From contig CAVRTO010000011.1 in NCBI GenBank assembly GCA_963724145.1, positions 6,970 through 70,969 of the forward strand: DNA of 64,000 nucleotides, written 5' to 3'. The stretch comes from an uncultured Solirubrobacteraceae bacterium (GTDB taxonomy: Bacteria > Actinomycetota > Thermoleophilia > Solirubrobacterales > Solirubrobacteraceae). Positions 17,873 to 26,748 of this stretch are shown here, one piece after another. The position numbers and the translations under genes are program-made. Within the stretch, counting starts at the first letter, position 1. Each line of letters begins with the position of its first letter. The notes beneath the pieces are model-generated. The model did no database searches. It saw only the letters and a list, made by a program, of their open reading frames with translations, and was not told the origin of the DNA.

Positions 17873-18763
17873 TCAGAGGTACAGCTCGCGCACCGCGCCG
17901 GGCGCCTCGGGCACCAGGTCGGGGTGGAGGATGTGGGCCATCAGCTCGAGCCCGTCGACCAGGCGCGGGCCCGGGCGCGAGAAGTAGGCGGAGGCGTCGA
18001 CCGCGACGACCCGCCTGGCACCGACCTCGGCGAGCTCGTCGGCGTAGGTCTCGGCCTCCTCGAGCGCGCGCTCGGCGTCGTAGCCGCACGGCATGCAGAC
18101 CACGACGTCCGGCCGCGCCTCCGCGATCTCCTCCCACGTCCGCGTCTCGGAGTGCTCGCCGGGCAGGCCGAAGAGGTCGATCCCGCCGGCGTACTCGATC
18201 AGCTGCGGCGTCCAGTGCCCGGCCACGAAGACCGGATCGAGCCACTCGAGCGCGGCGACGGAGACCGGCGCCGCGTCGCGCACCGCGAGCCGCACGCGGT
18301 CGATCCGGGCCGCCGCGTCGGCGATCAGGTCGACGCCCGCGTCCTTCGCGTCGGTCGCCTGCGCCAGCGTGCGGACGTCGCCCAGCACCTCGCCGAGCGT
18401 GCTCGGGTCGAGCGAGATCACCTCGGGCGCGGGATCCATCCGCTCGGCGATCGCGCGGACGTCGTCGTAGGACACGGCGCAGACCGCGCACAGCGCCTGC
18501 GTGACGATCAGCTCGGGCGCGAGCGACTGCAGCATGTGCTCGTCGAGCTCGTAGATCGAGCGGCCCTGCTCGGTGAGCTCGCGCACGGCGCGGTCGATCT
18601 CGTCCGCCGGCAGCCCCGGCCCGATCAGATCGCGGGTGATCTTGGGTAGGTCGAGCGCCTCCGGTGGGTAGTCGCACTCGTGGGTGACGGCGGTGACCTC
18701 GTCGCCCACGCCGAGCGCGAAGAGGAGCTCGGTGGCCGACGGAACCAGTGACACGATGCGCAC
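17873..18763 (-). CDS. BtuF/ChuT-like periplasmic-binding-fold protein (cobalamin/Fe-siderophore binding type) without an obvious signal peptide
   Basis: GTG start giving VRIVSLVPSATELLFALGVGDEVTAVTHECDYP...PELIVTQALC...RPDVVVCMPCG. The upstream part of the 17873-19018 ORF is a shadow of the PCD gene. Confidence 0.7.
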   Translation of the reverse strand: MRIVSLVPSATELLFALGVGDEVTAVTHECDYPPEALDLPKITRDLIGPGLPADEIDRAVRELTEQGRSIYELDEHMLQSLAPELIVTQALCAVCAVSYDDVRAIAERMDPAPEVISLDPSTLGEVLGDVRTLAQATDAKDAGVDLIADAAARIDRVRLAVRDAAPVSVAALEWLDPVFVAGHWTPQLIEYAGGIDLFGLPGEHSETRTWEEIAEARPDVVVCMPCGYDAERALEEAETYADELAEVGARRVVAVDASAYFSRPGPRLVDGLELMAHILHPDLVPEAPGAVRELYL

Positions 18764-18772
18764 CCGACAAGT

Positions 18773-19028
18773 ATGGAGGCACGGATGAGCCGGTGGTCCC
18801 AGCGCCCCGACGCGCTCGAGCGGGACTTCGCGTTCGACGACTTCGCGGGCGCGATCGCGTTCGTGAACCGCGTGGCGGACGTCGCCGAGGAGGCGGACCA
18901 CCACCCGGACATCCTCGTCCACGGCTGGAACAAGGTCCGGCTGACGCTGACCACGCACGACAGCGGCGGCCTGAGCGAGAAGGACCATGACGCTCGCGCG
19001 GCGGATCGACGGCGTCACCGGCGGGTAA
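18773..19028 (+). CDS. Pterin-4a-carbinolamine dehydratase (PCD/DCoH); apparent 1-nt frame disruption near 18985
   Basis: WSQRPDALERDFAFDDFAGAIAFVNRVADVAEEADHHPDILVHGWNKVRLTLTTHDSGGLSEKD. The canonical tail (M)TLARRIDGVTGG-stop appears one frame on and ends at TAA 19026-19028. Confidence 0.75.
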
Positions 19029-19141
19029 GCCCGCTGCAGTGTTCGCCCTGCCGCTTGCTACATTCGCTGCGTCGCCCTGATGAACGACGACGACTCCTCC
19101 CGAAGTAGCGGCGCGCCGTCCCGGCGCAGCCGCCGCACCGC

Positions 19142-20465
19142 ATGACCACGGCGCTCCTCCTGATCGCCGTCCTGGTGCTGGTGCTCCTCAACGGCTTCTT
19201 CGTGGCCGCGGAGTTCGCGTTCGTGCGCGCGCGCAGCGGCTACCTCGAGAAGGACGCGATCGCCGGCCGCAAGGGCGCCGCCCAGGCGGTGGCGATCATG
19301 GACGACCTCTCGCGCTACCTGTCGTCCTGCCAGCTCGGCATCACGCTGACCTCGCTCGGCATCGGCTTCCTCGGCGAGCCGGCGATCGCCTCGATCTTCG
19401 AGAGCATCATCGGCGAGAGCGTCTCGCACAACCTGTCGCTGGCGATCTCGCTCGCGCTCGCGTACCTGATCTCGACGTCGCTGCACATCACGATCGGCGA
19501 GCAGGTCCCGAAGATCTACTCGATCCAGCGCTCGGAGCGCGTGGCGCGCTTCGTGGCGCGGCCGCTCGTACATCTTCACGCGCGTCTTCCACCCGTTCAT
19601 CTCGCTGCTGAACTGGACGTCGAACGCGATCCTGCGGCTGATCGGCGTCAGGACCGCCGGCGCGCTCGAGGAGGGGGAGACGCCGGAGGAGCTCAAGGTG
19701 CTGATCCAGCAGTCGCTCACCGGCGGCAAGCTCGACGCGGGCGAGGCCGGGATGCTGACCGGCGTCTTCCACCTGCACGAGCAGGAGGCGCGCCAGATCA
19801 TGACGCCGGCGCCGGCGATCGTCACGGTCGACCTGTCCGAGGACGTCGAGACCGCGCTGCGGCGCTGCGTCTCCTCCGGCCACACCCGGCTCGTCGTCAC
19901 CGAGGACGACAACCACGACCGCGTCAAGGGGATCGTCCACGCGAACGCGCTCGCCCAGCTGCTCCTGACCGACGGCACCGGCGCGACGATCGAGGGGCTC
20001 GTGCGCGAGGCGCCGATCGTGCCGGAGACCAAGGCGCTCGACGACCTGCTGGCCGACCTCCAGCGCGAGCGCTCCTCGCTCGCGATCGTGATCGACGAGT
20101 ACGGCCGGACGGCCGGCATCGTCACCGTCGAGGACATCATCGAGGAGGTCGTCGGCGAGATCGACGACGAGACCGACCCGCTCGGCGGGGCGGTCCGGCG
20201 GCTCGGCAACGGCGACTGGTTCGTGCGCGGGCACGTGGCGATCGCCGACCTCGCCGACTACGGGCTCGAGCTGCCGGTCGACTCCGACGCCTACAACTCC
20301 GTCGGCGGCTTCGTGTTCGGCGAGTTGGGGCGGTTGCCCAAACGCGGCGACACGATCCGCCACAACGGCTACTCGATCCGCGTCGAATCGGTGCGCGAGA
20401 ACCGGATCGAGGCGGTCCGGATCCGCGAGCGCCCTGCGCCCGCCGCCGCGTCGCAAGCGGACTGA
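19142..20465 (+). CDS. CNNM/TlyC/CorC-family transporter-associated protein (DUF21-CBS pair-CorC_HlyC); apparent 1-nt frame disruption near 19568
   Basis: N-terminal DUF21 LLNGFFVAAEFAFVRAR...CQLGITLTSLGIGFLGEP. After the shift: YIFTRVFHPFISLLNWTSNAILRLIG, CBS region and C-terminal CorC domain GDWFVRGHVAIADL...GGFVFGELGRLPKRGDTI (track ORF 19698-20465). Confidence 0.8.
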
Positions 20466-20574
20466 TCGCGTGTTCAGTAGCGGCACGCGAATTCGTCCGC
20501 GCGGCGGCCTAACAGCGGTAGCGAAAAACTACCTGAGTGACGGATTGCACAAACGGGCAACCTGCGCTACCTTG

Positions 20575-20700
20575 CCCGCCACACCGACGAGACCGCTTCG
20601 GCGGTTGAGGAGGAGAGAGGGAGATCCTGGGGAGGATCGACCGAGAGAAACACATAAGGCCGCCGGACTCAGGGGAGCGAGTCCGGCGGCCTTAGTGTTT
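20575..20700. ncRNA. Candidate small RNA in a lower-GC convergent intergenic region (three hairpins); strand unresolved
   Basis: Plus strand: TTGCAC (20545-20550), 17-nt spacer, TACCTT (20568-20573), then hairpins 20593-20604 (UUCG loop), 20623-20638 and a 15-bp perfect stem at 20656-20693 followed by TAGTGTTTCT. On the minus strand the two larger hairpins have C-rich loops (GCTCCCCT, TCCCCA), reminiscent of 6C RNA. Confidence 0.3.
20656..20693. terminator. Strong bidirectional-looking terminator hairpin (AAGGCCGCCGGACTC-loop-GAGTCCGGCGGCCTT)
   Basis: 15-bp perfect inverted repeat with an 8-nt loop, T-rich on both distal sides, between convergent genes. Confidence 0.55.
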
Positions 20701-20818
20701 CTGGAGGAGGGGTTGCGATGAGGGGTACGTTCGTCGCAGTGGGCATGCTCCCAACGTCACCTCAATCTGCCCTAAACATTCCGAGGCCGTTCTCAATGAA
20801 CGGCCCGGGCGCCGCTCC

Positions 20819-21602
20819 TCAGTACGCGTAGAAGCCGCGCCCGGCCTTCTTGCCGAGGTCGCCGGCGGCGATCATCGCCTCGACGCGCGCGGGCACCGGG
20901 CACCCGATCGAGCGGGCGATCGCGGCCGACACGTCGAGCCCGACGTAGTCGAGCAGCGCGAGCGGGCCCATCGGGTGGCCCGCGCCCATCCGCATGCAGT
21001 CGTCGACCGCCTGCGGCTCCAGCCCGGTCTCGTCGAGCAGCCGCCACGGCGTCGAAGAGGAACGGGAAGAGCAGCCGGTTGACGACGAAGCCGGGCGTGT
21101 CGGGGACCTCGACGGCGACCTTGCCGAGCGCCGCGCACAGCGCGCGGGCGCGGTCGCGGGTCTCGGCGTCCGCGGCGGCGGGGAAGACGAGCTCGACCAG
21201 GTCCATCTTCGCGACGGGGTTGAACACGTGCAGCCCGACGAAGCGGCCGGGCCGGCCCGTCGCCTCGGCGAGCGCGCTCACCGACAGCGCCGACGTCGTC
21301 GTCGCGAGGATCGTCCCGTTCGTCGCGGCGCCGCCCAGCCGGCGCAGCAGCGCGAGCTTGGCGTCATGCTCCTCGGCGATGGCCTCGACCACGAACGTCG
21401 CATCGAGCAGGGAGTCGAGGTCGTCGGAGACCGATACGTTGCCGGCGCCCAGGCCCCCGCGCTTCTCGATCAGGCGCTCGACCTTCGCGGTCGCGGCGTC
21501 AGGGCGGCGCGCCCAGAGCACGACCTGGCCGTGCTCGGCGGCGACGCAGGCGAGGCCGGAGGCGATGGCGCCTCCACCGGCGATGCCGATCCTTTCTGAC
21601 AC
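20819..21602 (-). CDS. 3-hydroxyacyl/3-hydroxybutyryl-CoA dehydrogenase; apparent 1-nt frame disruption near 21044
   Basis: GTG start VSERIGIAGGGAIASG (NAD fold)...LHVFNPVAKMDLVELV...PGFVVNRLLFPFLFDAV. One frame on: RLLDETGLEPQAVDDCMRMGAGHPMGPLALLDYVGLDV...GKKAGRGFYAY-stop (TGA at 20819-20821). Confidence 0.8.
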
Positions 21603-21617
21603 TGTGTCGATCTCCCG

Positions 21618-21647
21618 GTTGACTGACGAGTCAACGCCTACACTAAT
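21618..21647 (+). promoter_or_regulatory. Candidate promoter (TTGACT-17 nt-ACTAAT) overlapped by an 18-bp operator-like palindrome GTTGACTGACGAGTCAAC
   Basis: Read directly in the 81-bp divergent region between hbd (start 21602, minus) and thiolase (start 21684, plus). 7-bp arms with a 4-bp centre. Confidence 0.35.
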
Positions 21648-21683
21648 CAGCCCTACCTTGAGCATGCGGAGGTTCCCCGAGCA

Positions 21684-22850
21684 ATGGATTCCGGTCGTGA
21701 AGTCGTCATCGTCGAAGCCGTCCGCACGCCGGTCGGGCGCGGCCATCGCGAGAAGGGCTACTACAAGGACACGCACCCGAACGAGCTGCTCGGGAAGACG
21801 TTCACGGAGGTGATCGACCGCGCCGGGATCGATCCCGGCGCCGTCGAGGACGTGATCGGCGGCTGCGTCCAGCAGTACGGCGAGCAGATGTTCAACGTCA
21901 CGCGCAACGCGTGGCTGCAGGCCGGGCTGCCGGTCGAGACGCCGGCGACGACCGTCGACCGCCAGTGCGGCTCGGCCCAGCAGGCGGTCAACTTCGGCGC
22001 GGCGCTGATCGCCGCGGGCGTCCACGACGTCGTGATCGGCGGCGGCGTCGAGCACATGGGGCACATCCCGATGGGGATCGGCTTCAAGTGGGTCGACGAC
22101 GTCGGCACGCCGTACCCGCCGGAGATCATGGCCCGCTACGACCTCGTCCCGCAGGGGCTGTCGGCCGAGATGATCGCCGACCAGTGGGAGATCCCGCGCG
22201 CGGAGATGGACGAGCTGGCGGTCCGCTCGCACCAGCTCGCGGCGCGCGCGACCGAGGAGGGGCGCTTCGAGCGCGAGATCGTGCCCTTCCAGGTCAACGG
22301 CGACACCCACGTGGCCGACCAGGGGATCCGGCCCGACACGAGCCTCGAGGCGCTCGCCGGCCTCAAGCCGGCGTTCAAGCCGGACGGCAAGATCACCGCC
22401 GGCAACTCGTCGCAGATCTCCGACGGCGCCGCCGCGGTGCTGCTGATGTCGGCCGACAAGGCGAAGGAGCTGGGGCTGAAGCCGCGCGCGCGGATCGTCG
22501 ACCAGACGACGGTCGGGGTGGACCCGGTGATCATGCTCACCGGCCCGATCCCGGCGACGCGCAAGCTGCTCGAGCGCAACGGGATGACGATCGACGACAT
22601 CGACCTGTTCGAGGTCAACGAGGCGTTCGCGCCGGTCGTCCTGGCCTGGAAGCGCGAGCTGCGGCCCGACATGGACCGCGTCAACGTCAACGGCGGCGCG
22701 ATGGCGCTCGGGCACCCGCTCGGGTCGACCGGCGCGCGGCTGCTGACCACGCTGCTGCACGAGCTCGAGCGCTCCGACAAGGAGACCGGCATGGTGACGA
22801 TGTGCTGCGGCGGCGGCCTCGGCACCGGCACCATCATCCAGCGCGTCTGA
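21684..22850 (+). CDS. Acetyl-CoA C-acetyltransferase (thiolase II family)
   Basis: 388-aa ORF with VDRQCGSAQQAV (active-site Cys), NEAFA, and the C-terminal GHPLGSTGARL and CCGGGLGTG thiolase signatures. Confidence 0.9.
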   Translation: MDSGREVVIVEAVRTPVGRGHREKGYYKDTHPNELLGKTFTEVIDRAGIDPGAVEDVIGGCVQQYGEQMFNVTRNAWLQAGLPVETPATTVDRQCGSAQQAVNFGAALIAAGVHDVVIGGGVEHMGHIPMGIGFKWVDDVGTPYPPEIMARYDLVPQGLSAEMIADQWEIPRAEMDELAVRSHQLAARATEEGRFEREIVPFQVNGDTHVADQGIRPDTSLEALAGLKPAFKPDGKITAGNSSQISDGAAAVLLMSADKAKELGLKPRARIVDQTTVGVDPVIMLTGPIPATRKLLERNGMTIDDIDLFEVNEAFAPVVLAWKRELRPDMDRVNVNGGAMALGHPLGSTGARLLTTLLHELERSDKETGMVTMCCGGGLGTGTIIQRV

Positions 22851-22863
22851 TCCGTCCGGCGCG

Positions 22864-22886
22864 GCGGGGCGGCCAGGCCGCCCCGC
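22864..22886 (+). terminator. GC-rich palindrome GCGGGGCGGCC-A-GGCCGCCCCGC just after the thiolase stop
   Basis: Perfect 11+11 palindrome 14 nt downstream of the stop; no U-tract, which is common in GC-rich actinobacteria. Confidence 0.35.
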
Positions 22887-22958
22887 GCGCTGCGCGCGGC
22901 CGGCGATCCGTCCGGAATCCCTGCAGGCGGCCGCGGGGAACCGTAGAATCGCGCGGAT

Positions 22959-23618
22959 ATGAGCGAGCTCTACGGAACGTCGTATCGCGAGGAAGCGCGG
23001 CCCGCCGCGATCAGCGCGACCAAGCTGCTGGGCCAGGTCATGTTCCTCGTCGCCATCGCGCTGGCGTTCGCCGCGCTCGGGACGTGGCTCGGGCGCGATC
23101 TCGCGGTCGGCACCGCCCGGATCCTCTCCTTCGCCGGGTTCGGGATGCTGCTGGTCTCGTCGTTCGCCGGCGAGCGGTTCCGGATCGGCTCGTTCGCGAT
23201 GTTCTGGCTGTTCGCGACCGCGCTGGTGATCGGGCTCGGGCTCGGGCCGGTGATCGCCTACTTCGCGACCGTCCAGACCTCGGCGCTCACGCAGGCCTTC
23301 GCGGGCACCGCCGCGACCGTCGCGGGCGCGGGCGCGCTCGGGTTCTTCATGTCGAAGGACCTCGCGCCGTGGATGCGGCCGCTGTCGCTGGTCGTCTTCG
23401 CCGCGTGCTGCGGCACGGTCGTCGTCACGCTGATCGCCGGCTCCATCAGCCCCTGGATCAGCGCGGGCATCTACCTGCTGTCGGCGGCGCTGATCGTGGT
23501 CGACTTCAACTACATCCGCAAGCACGGGACCGAGGCGGACGCGGTCTGGCTCGCGACCGGCATCTTCGTCTCGGTCGTGAACATCTTCGTCTCGCTGCTG
23601 AACATCTTCTCCCGTTGA
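22959..23618 (+). CDS. Bax inhibitor-1/YccA family membrane protein
   Basis: 219-aa ORF with about 7 hydrophobic segments and a family-typical C-terminus (...YIRKHGTEADAVWLATGIFVSVVNIFVSLLNIFSR). TAGAAT at 22944-22949 lies 9 nt before the ATG, suggesting a near-leaderless transcript. Confidence 0.75.
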   Translation: MSELYGTSYREEARPAAISATKLLGQVMFLVAIALAFAALGTWLGRDLAVGTARILSFAGFGMLLVSSFAGERFRIGSFAMFWLFATALVIGLGLGPVIAYFATVQTSALTQAFAGTAATVAGAGALGFFMSKDLAPWMRPLSLVVFAACCGTVVVTLIAGSISPWISAGIYLLSAALIVVDFNYIRKHGTEADAVWLATGIFVSVVNIFVSLLNIFSR

Positions 23619-24442
23619 TGGACACGCCGCTCGCCCTCGACCTCGCCACGCCCGACGACCTCGACGCCCGCCGCGAGGCGGAGAAGCGCGGGGATCCGTT
23701 CCTGCTGCTGCGCGACGACGGCGGCGCGCAGCTGATCGTCGAGCTGGACGACGCCGCGGGCTCGGTGACGATCGGCCGCCGCACCGAGGCCGACGTCCCG
23801 CTCGGCTGGGATCCGGAGGTCTCGCGGCTGCACGCCGAGCTCGAGTTCAAGGCGGGCGAGTGGACGCTCTGCGACGACGGCTTCTCGCAGAACGGGACCT
23901 ACGTGAACGGGCTGCGGATCCACGGCCGCCGGCGGCTGATGGACGGCGACCTGATGCGGATCGGCCAGACCTCGATCGCGTTCTGCGACCCGGGCGCGAG
24001 CGGGCTCGGGGTGACGCTCGCGCCGGGCGAGCTCGGGATCGCGCCGAAGTTCTCCGAGCAGCAGCAGCGGATCCTGCGCGCGCTCTGCCGGCCGCTGATG
24101 GGCGACGGCGAGGGCCTGAACGCCGGCGAGCGACGCCGAGATCGCGAAGGCGACCGGGATCGAGGAGGCGATCGTCACGACCGAGCTCGATCACCTCGGC
24201 CGCTCGTTCGGCCTCGCCGACATGCCGCAGCCGGAGCAGCGGGCCGAGGTCGCGCTGCTCGCGCTGCGCTCCGGCCTCGTCAAGGCCGACGACGGCACCG
24301 TGGCGCCGGCGACATCAACGGCGCGCCGAGACGGCACCGTCGCGACGACGCGACGGCTGCGGATCTCGGGGTCGCAGTTGGTGTCGCGCTACGACATCAA
24401 CGCCGCCCGCCGGCGTGGAACGCGGTGGCTGTCGCGCGTTGA
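23618..24442 (+). CDS. FHA domain protein with C-terminal LuxR-type HTH; apparent frame disruption near 24112-24120, 3' end uncertain
   Basis: Start overlaps the previous stop (TGATG). FHA core VTIGRRTEADVPLGWDPEVSRLHAELEFKAGEWTLCDDGFSQNGTYVNGLRI. One frame on: TPASDAEIAKATGIEEAIVTTELDHLGRSFGLADMPQPEQRAEVALLALRSGLV. Confidence 0.6.
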   Translation: MDTPLALDLATPDDLDARREAEKRGDPFLLLRDDGGAQLIVELDDAAGSVTIGRRTEADVPLGWDPEVSRLHAELEFKAGEWTLCDDGFSQNGTYVNGLRIHGRRRLMDGDLMRIGQTSIAFCDPGASGLGVTLAPGELGIAPKFSEQQQRILRALCRPLMGDGEGLNAGERRRDREGDRDRGGDRHDRARSPRPLVRPRRHAAAGAAGRGRAARAALRPRQGRRRHRGAGDINGAPRRHRRDDATAADLGVAVGVALRHQRRPPAWNAVAVAR

Positions 24443-24447
24443 TGTCG
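24392..24447. terminator. 12-bp perfect inverted repeat CGACATCAACGC...GCGTTGATGTCG (32-nt loop) between convergent gene ends
   Basis: Read directly. A third direct copy of GACATCAACG lies at 24311-24320. Confidence 0.3.
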
Positions 24448-24454
24448 TCCGGCG

Positions 24455-24679
24455 TCAGGCGCGGCCGGCTTCGAGCCGGGCGACCAGCTCGTCGAGCTTG
24501 AGCTCCTCGAGGCCACGCCCGACCGCCTCGAGCTCGCCCGCGCAGAACTCGACCAGCTTGCGGCCCTCCTGGCACAGCTCGAGCGTCTCGCGCAGGCCGG
24601 CCTCGCCGGAGTCGAGCCGGCGGATGATCTCCTCGATCCGCGCGCAGGCGGTCTCGTAGGTCAGGGTGATCTCGCTCAT
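24455..24679 (-). CDS. xseB: Exodeoxyribonuclease VII small subunit
   Basis: MSEITLTYETACARIEEIIRRLDSGEAGLRETLELCQEGRKLVEFCAGELEAV...; the ATG overlaps a TGA (ATGA) in the frame expected for the xseA stop. Confidence 0.85.
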   Translation of the reverse strand: MSEITLTYETACARIEEIIRRLDSGEAGLRETLELCQEGRKLVEFCAGELEAVGRGLEELKLDELVARLEAGRA

Positions 24680-26103
24680 GGCCAGCCCGGACAGGCTAGG
24701 ACCCGCGCCCGACGGATCCGGATCGGTCGGGTCGGGCGGACGGGCAGCAGCGCCGTCGGCGAGGCGGAGCACCAGGCGGGCGCGCGCTCGGGCCTCGGCG
24801 ACGCTCGCCAGCGGCGTGCCGTGCTCGTCCTCGACGAGGGCGTAGCCGCGCTCGAGGGTGCGCTGCGGGTCGTGCGCGTCGAGCGCGAGCCGGAGCCGCT
24901 CGAGCGTCTCCGCGCGGCGCGCGAGCGCGACGGCGCGGCCGTGGTCGAGCGCGGCGGCGTCGGCGTGCGCGCGGGTCGCCCCGCGCGCGAGGCCGAGCTG
25001 CGCGGCGGCCGACCGTCGCTCGAGCACGGCCGCGCCGCCGGCCACCGTCCGGTGCTGCGGCGGCGAGGCCGCGGCGGGCGCTGGCGCGGAGCTCGCGCAG
25101 GTGCTGATGCAGCCGGGTGCGGTGGCGTGCGACGTGCGAGGCCGGCGCGCGCGAGAGCCGGGCGAGCGTGCGCGCGCGCTCGACGATCGCGCGCCGGCCC
25201 TGCTGCTCGAGCCGGGCCGCGAGGCCGTGGAGCTGCGCGCGGGCGGCGACGCAGTCGACCGGGACGGCGGCCTCGGCCGCGTGGGTCGGCGTCGAGCACG
25301 AGACCGCGGCGACGTCGTCGATCAGCGTCCGGTCGGTGTGGTGGCCGACGGAGGCGATGACGGGCACGCGCAGCATCGCCACGGTCCGGCACAGCGTCTC
25401 GTCGCAGAAGGCGAACAGGTCGGCGAGCGAGCCGCCGCCGCGCGCGACGATGATCGCGTCGACCTCCTCGCAGGCCGCCAGGTCCTGCAGCGCGCGGGTG
25501 ACCGCGGGAGCCGCGCGGCGGTCCTGGACCGGCGCGAACGCCCACACGACCCGCCCGGCCCAGCCGCGCCGGCGCAGCCCGGCCAGCACGTCGTCGCGCG
25601 CCTTGCCGCCCTCGCCGGTCACGACCCCGATGCAGCGCGGGAGCGCGGCGCGCGGGAGCCGCTTCTGCGGCTCGAACAGCCCCTCGGCGTGGAGCGCGCG
25701 GCGCAGCCGGTCGAGCTGCGCGAGCAGGTCGCCCTCGCCGGCGACCCGCACGTCGGTGACGGTGAAGGAGAAGGCCGGCGACGCCGCGCGCGAGCCCGGG
25801 TAGAAGTCGCAGCCGCCCGCGGCCACGACGCGCATGCCGTCGGCGAGCGGCGCCGCGAGCCGGTCGAAGTCCTCGCGCCACATCGAGCACGGCAGCGCCC
25901 CGCGCGCGTCGCGCAGCTCGAACCACACCCGCGCGCGCCCCGCCCGCAGGTTGAACACCTCGCCGAAGATCTGCACGCGCGCGAGCGCGCGCAGCCGGTC
26001 GCGCAACCGGTCGGCGTACTGGCCGACCGGCCACGGTCCGGTGAGGCTCGAGCCCGGGTATGCCGTCGGGCCGCGCGGTGCCGGCTGGGTCCTCGGGATG
26101 CAT
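24676..26103 (-). CDS. xseA: Exodeoxyribonuclease VII large subunit; needs about 3-4 single-base frame changes to read through
   Basis: OB-fold N-terminus QYADRLRDRLRALARVQIFGEVFNLRAGRARVWFELRD; catalytic region IGVVTGEGGKARDDV...IIVARGGGSLADLFAFCDE...VPVIASVGHHTDRTLIDDVA; C-terminus ...DPQRTLERGYALVEDEHG in another frame. ATG at 26103 (MHPEDPAG) is in a third frame. Confidence 0.75.
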   Translation of the reverse strand: MHPEDPAGTARPDGIPGLEPHRTVAGRPVRRPVARPAARARARADLRRGVQPAGGARAGVVRAARRARGAAVLDVARGLRPARGAARRRHARRGRGRLRLLPGLARGVAGLLLHRHRRAGRRRGRPARAARPAAPRAPRRGAVRAAEAAPARRAPALHRGRDRRGRQGARRRAGRAAPARLGRAGRVGVRAGPGPPRGSRGHPRAAGPGGLRGGRRDHRRARRRLARRPVRLLRRDAVPDRGDAARARHRLRRPPHRPDADRRRRRGLVLDADPRGRGRRPGRLRRRPRAAPRPRGPARAAGPARDRRARAHARPALARAGLARRTPPHPAASAPARAPRQRPPRPRRRSTGRWPAARPCSSDGRPPRSSASRAGRPARTPTPPRSTTAAPSRSRAARRRSSGSGSRSTRTTRSAPSSAATPSSRTSTARRWRASPRPERAPAWCSASPTALLPVRPTRPIRIRRARVLACPGWP

Positions 26104-26425
26104 GGCCGCCGACCGTACCGCGCGCGCCGGGCGGATCCGGCCGGTGTGGCACGCTTGGTGCAGATGCGTCGCGATCTCGGCACGTTCCTCGCCTGGGCGC
26201 TGCGCGCCCAGCGCGGGCGCGGTCCGCAGGCCGAGTTCGCGCGCCAGGTCGTCCTCGCGGTCCTGATCGCCCAGCTCGTCGCCGCCGGCCAGCACGACCA
26301 GCCGCCGCACGCCTCCCGGCGCGCCCCGCGCCAGACGCGCGCCCGGGGCGGGCGGATCGCCTACCGCGAGGCGCTCGCCGGCCGCCGCCCGCGCGGCTGA
26401 GCCGTCCGGACCGGGCCGCGCGGCG

Positions 26426-26737
26426 CTAGCCGTGGGTCGGGCCGTCGGCGAAGTGGGACGTCTCGTCCTCGCCGAGGCTGGGCAGCGGGCGCTGCCCGTC
26501 CTGCTCCTGCTGCCCGCGGATCTCGCCGGCGAACGCGAGCCGCTCGAGCCGCGCGATCTCGCGCTCGCCCTCGAGCCGGGCCGGGTCGCCGGGCGGCAGC
26601 GGGGCGATCAGCTTGCGGATCCGGTTGCGCAGCTGGAGCGCGAAGTGCGGCGTCGAGGCGCCCATGAGCTGGCGCACGTCCTCGACGGTCACGGTGTGCT
26701 CCGGGCGGAGGCGCGCGGGCTGCTCGGCTTCGGCCAT
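26426..26737 (-). CDS. Hypothetical protein (103 aa)
   Basis: MAEAEQPARLRPEHTVTVEDVRQLMGASTPHFALQLRNRIRKLIAPL...; protein-like, no family recognised. Confidence 0.45.
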   Translation of the reverse strand: MAEAEQPARLRPEHTVTVEDVRQLMGASTPHFALQLRNRIRKLIAPLPPGDPARLEGEREIARLERLAFAGEIRGQQEQDGQRPLPSLGEDETSHFADGPTHG

Positions 26738-26748
26738 GGCGCGGGAGT

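Noticed and set aside
20470-20721. 83-aa ORF in the lower-GC gap after the CorC-family gene
   Set aside because: The translation is basic and low-complexity, and it spans three strong hairpins including a terminator. The region is better explained as non-coding RNA or a terminator.
24455-25045. Apparent in-frame XseA C-terminus to XseB fusion (no stop between them in that frame)
   Set aside because: A TGA overlapping the xseB ATG (ATGA at 24676-24679) exists one frame over, which is the usual xseA-xseB junction. Together with the other frame jumps in xseA, the read-through is best explained by one more single-base indel.
26104-26425. Possible small gene between xseA and the 26426 gene: a plus-strand ORF (MRRDLGTFLAWALRAQRGRGPQAEFARQVV..., faintly XRE-HTH-like) or its minus-strand mirror (VRRLVVLAGGDELGDQDREDDLARELG...)
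   Set aside because: The two frames share wobble positions, so both show high GC3. Neither has convincing family motifs or an RBS. I cannot decide from sequence alone, so I left it unannotated.
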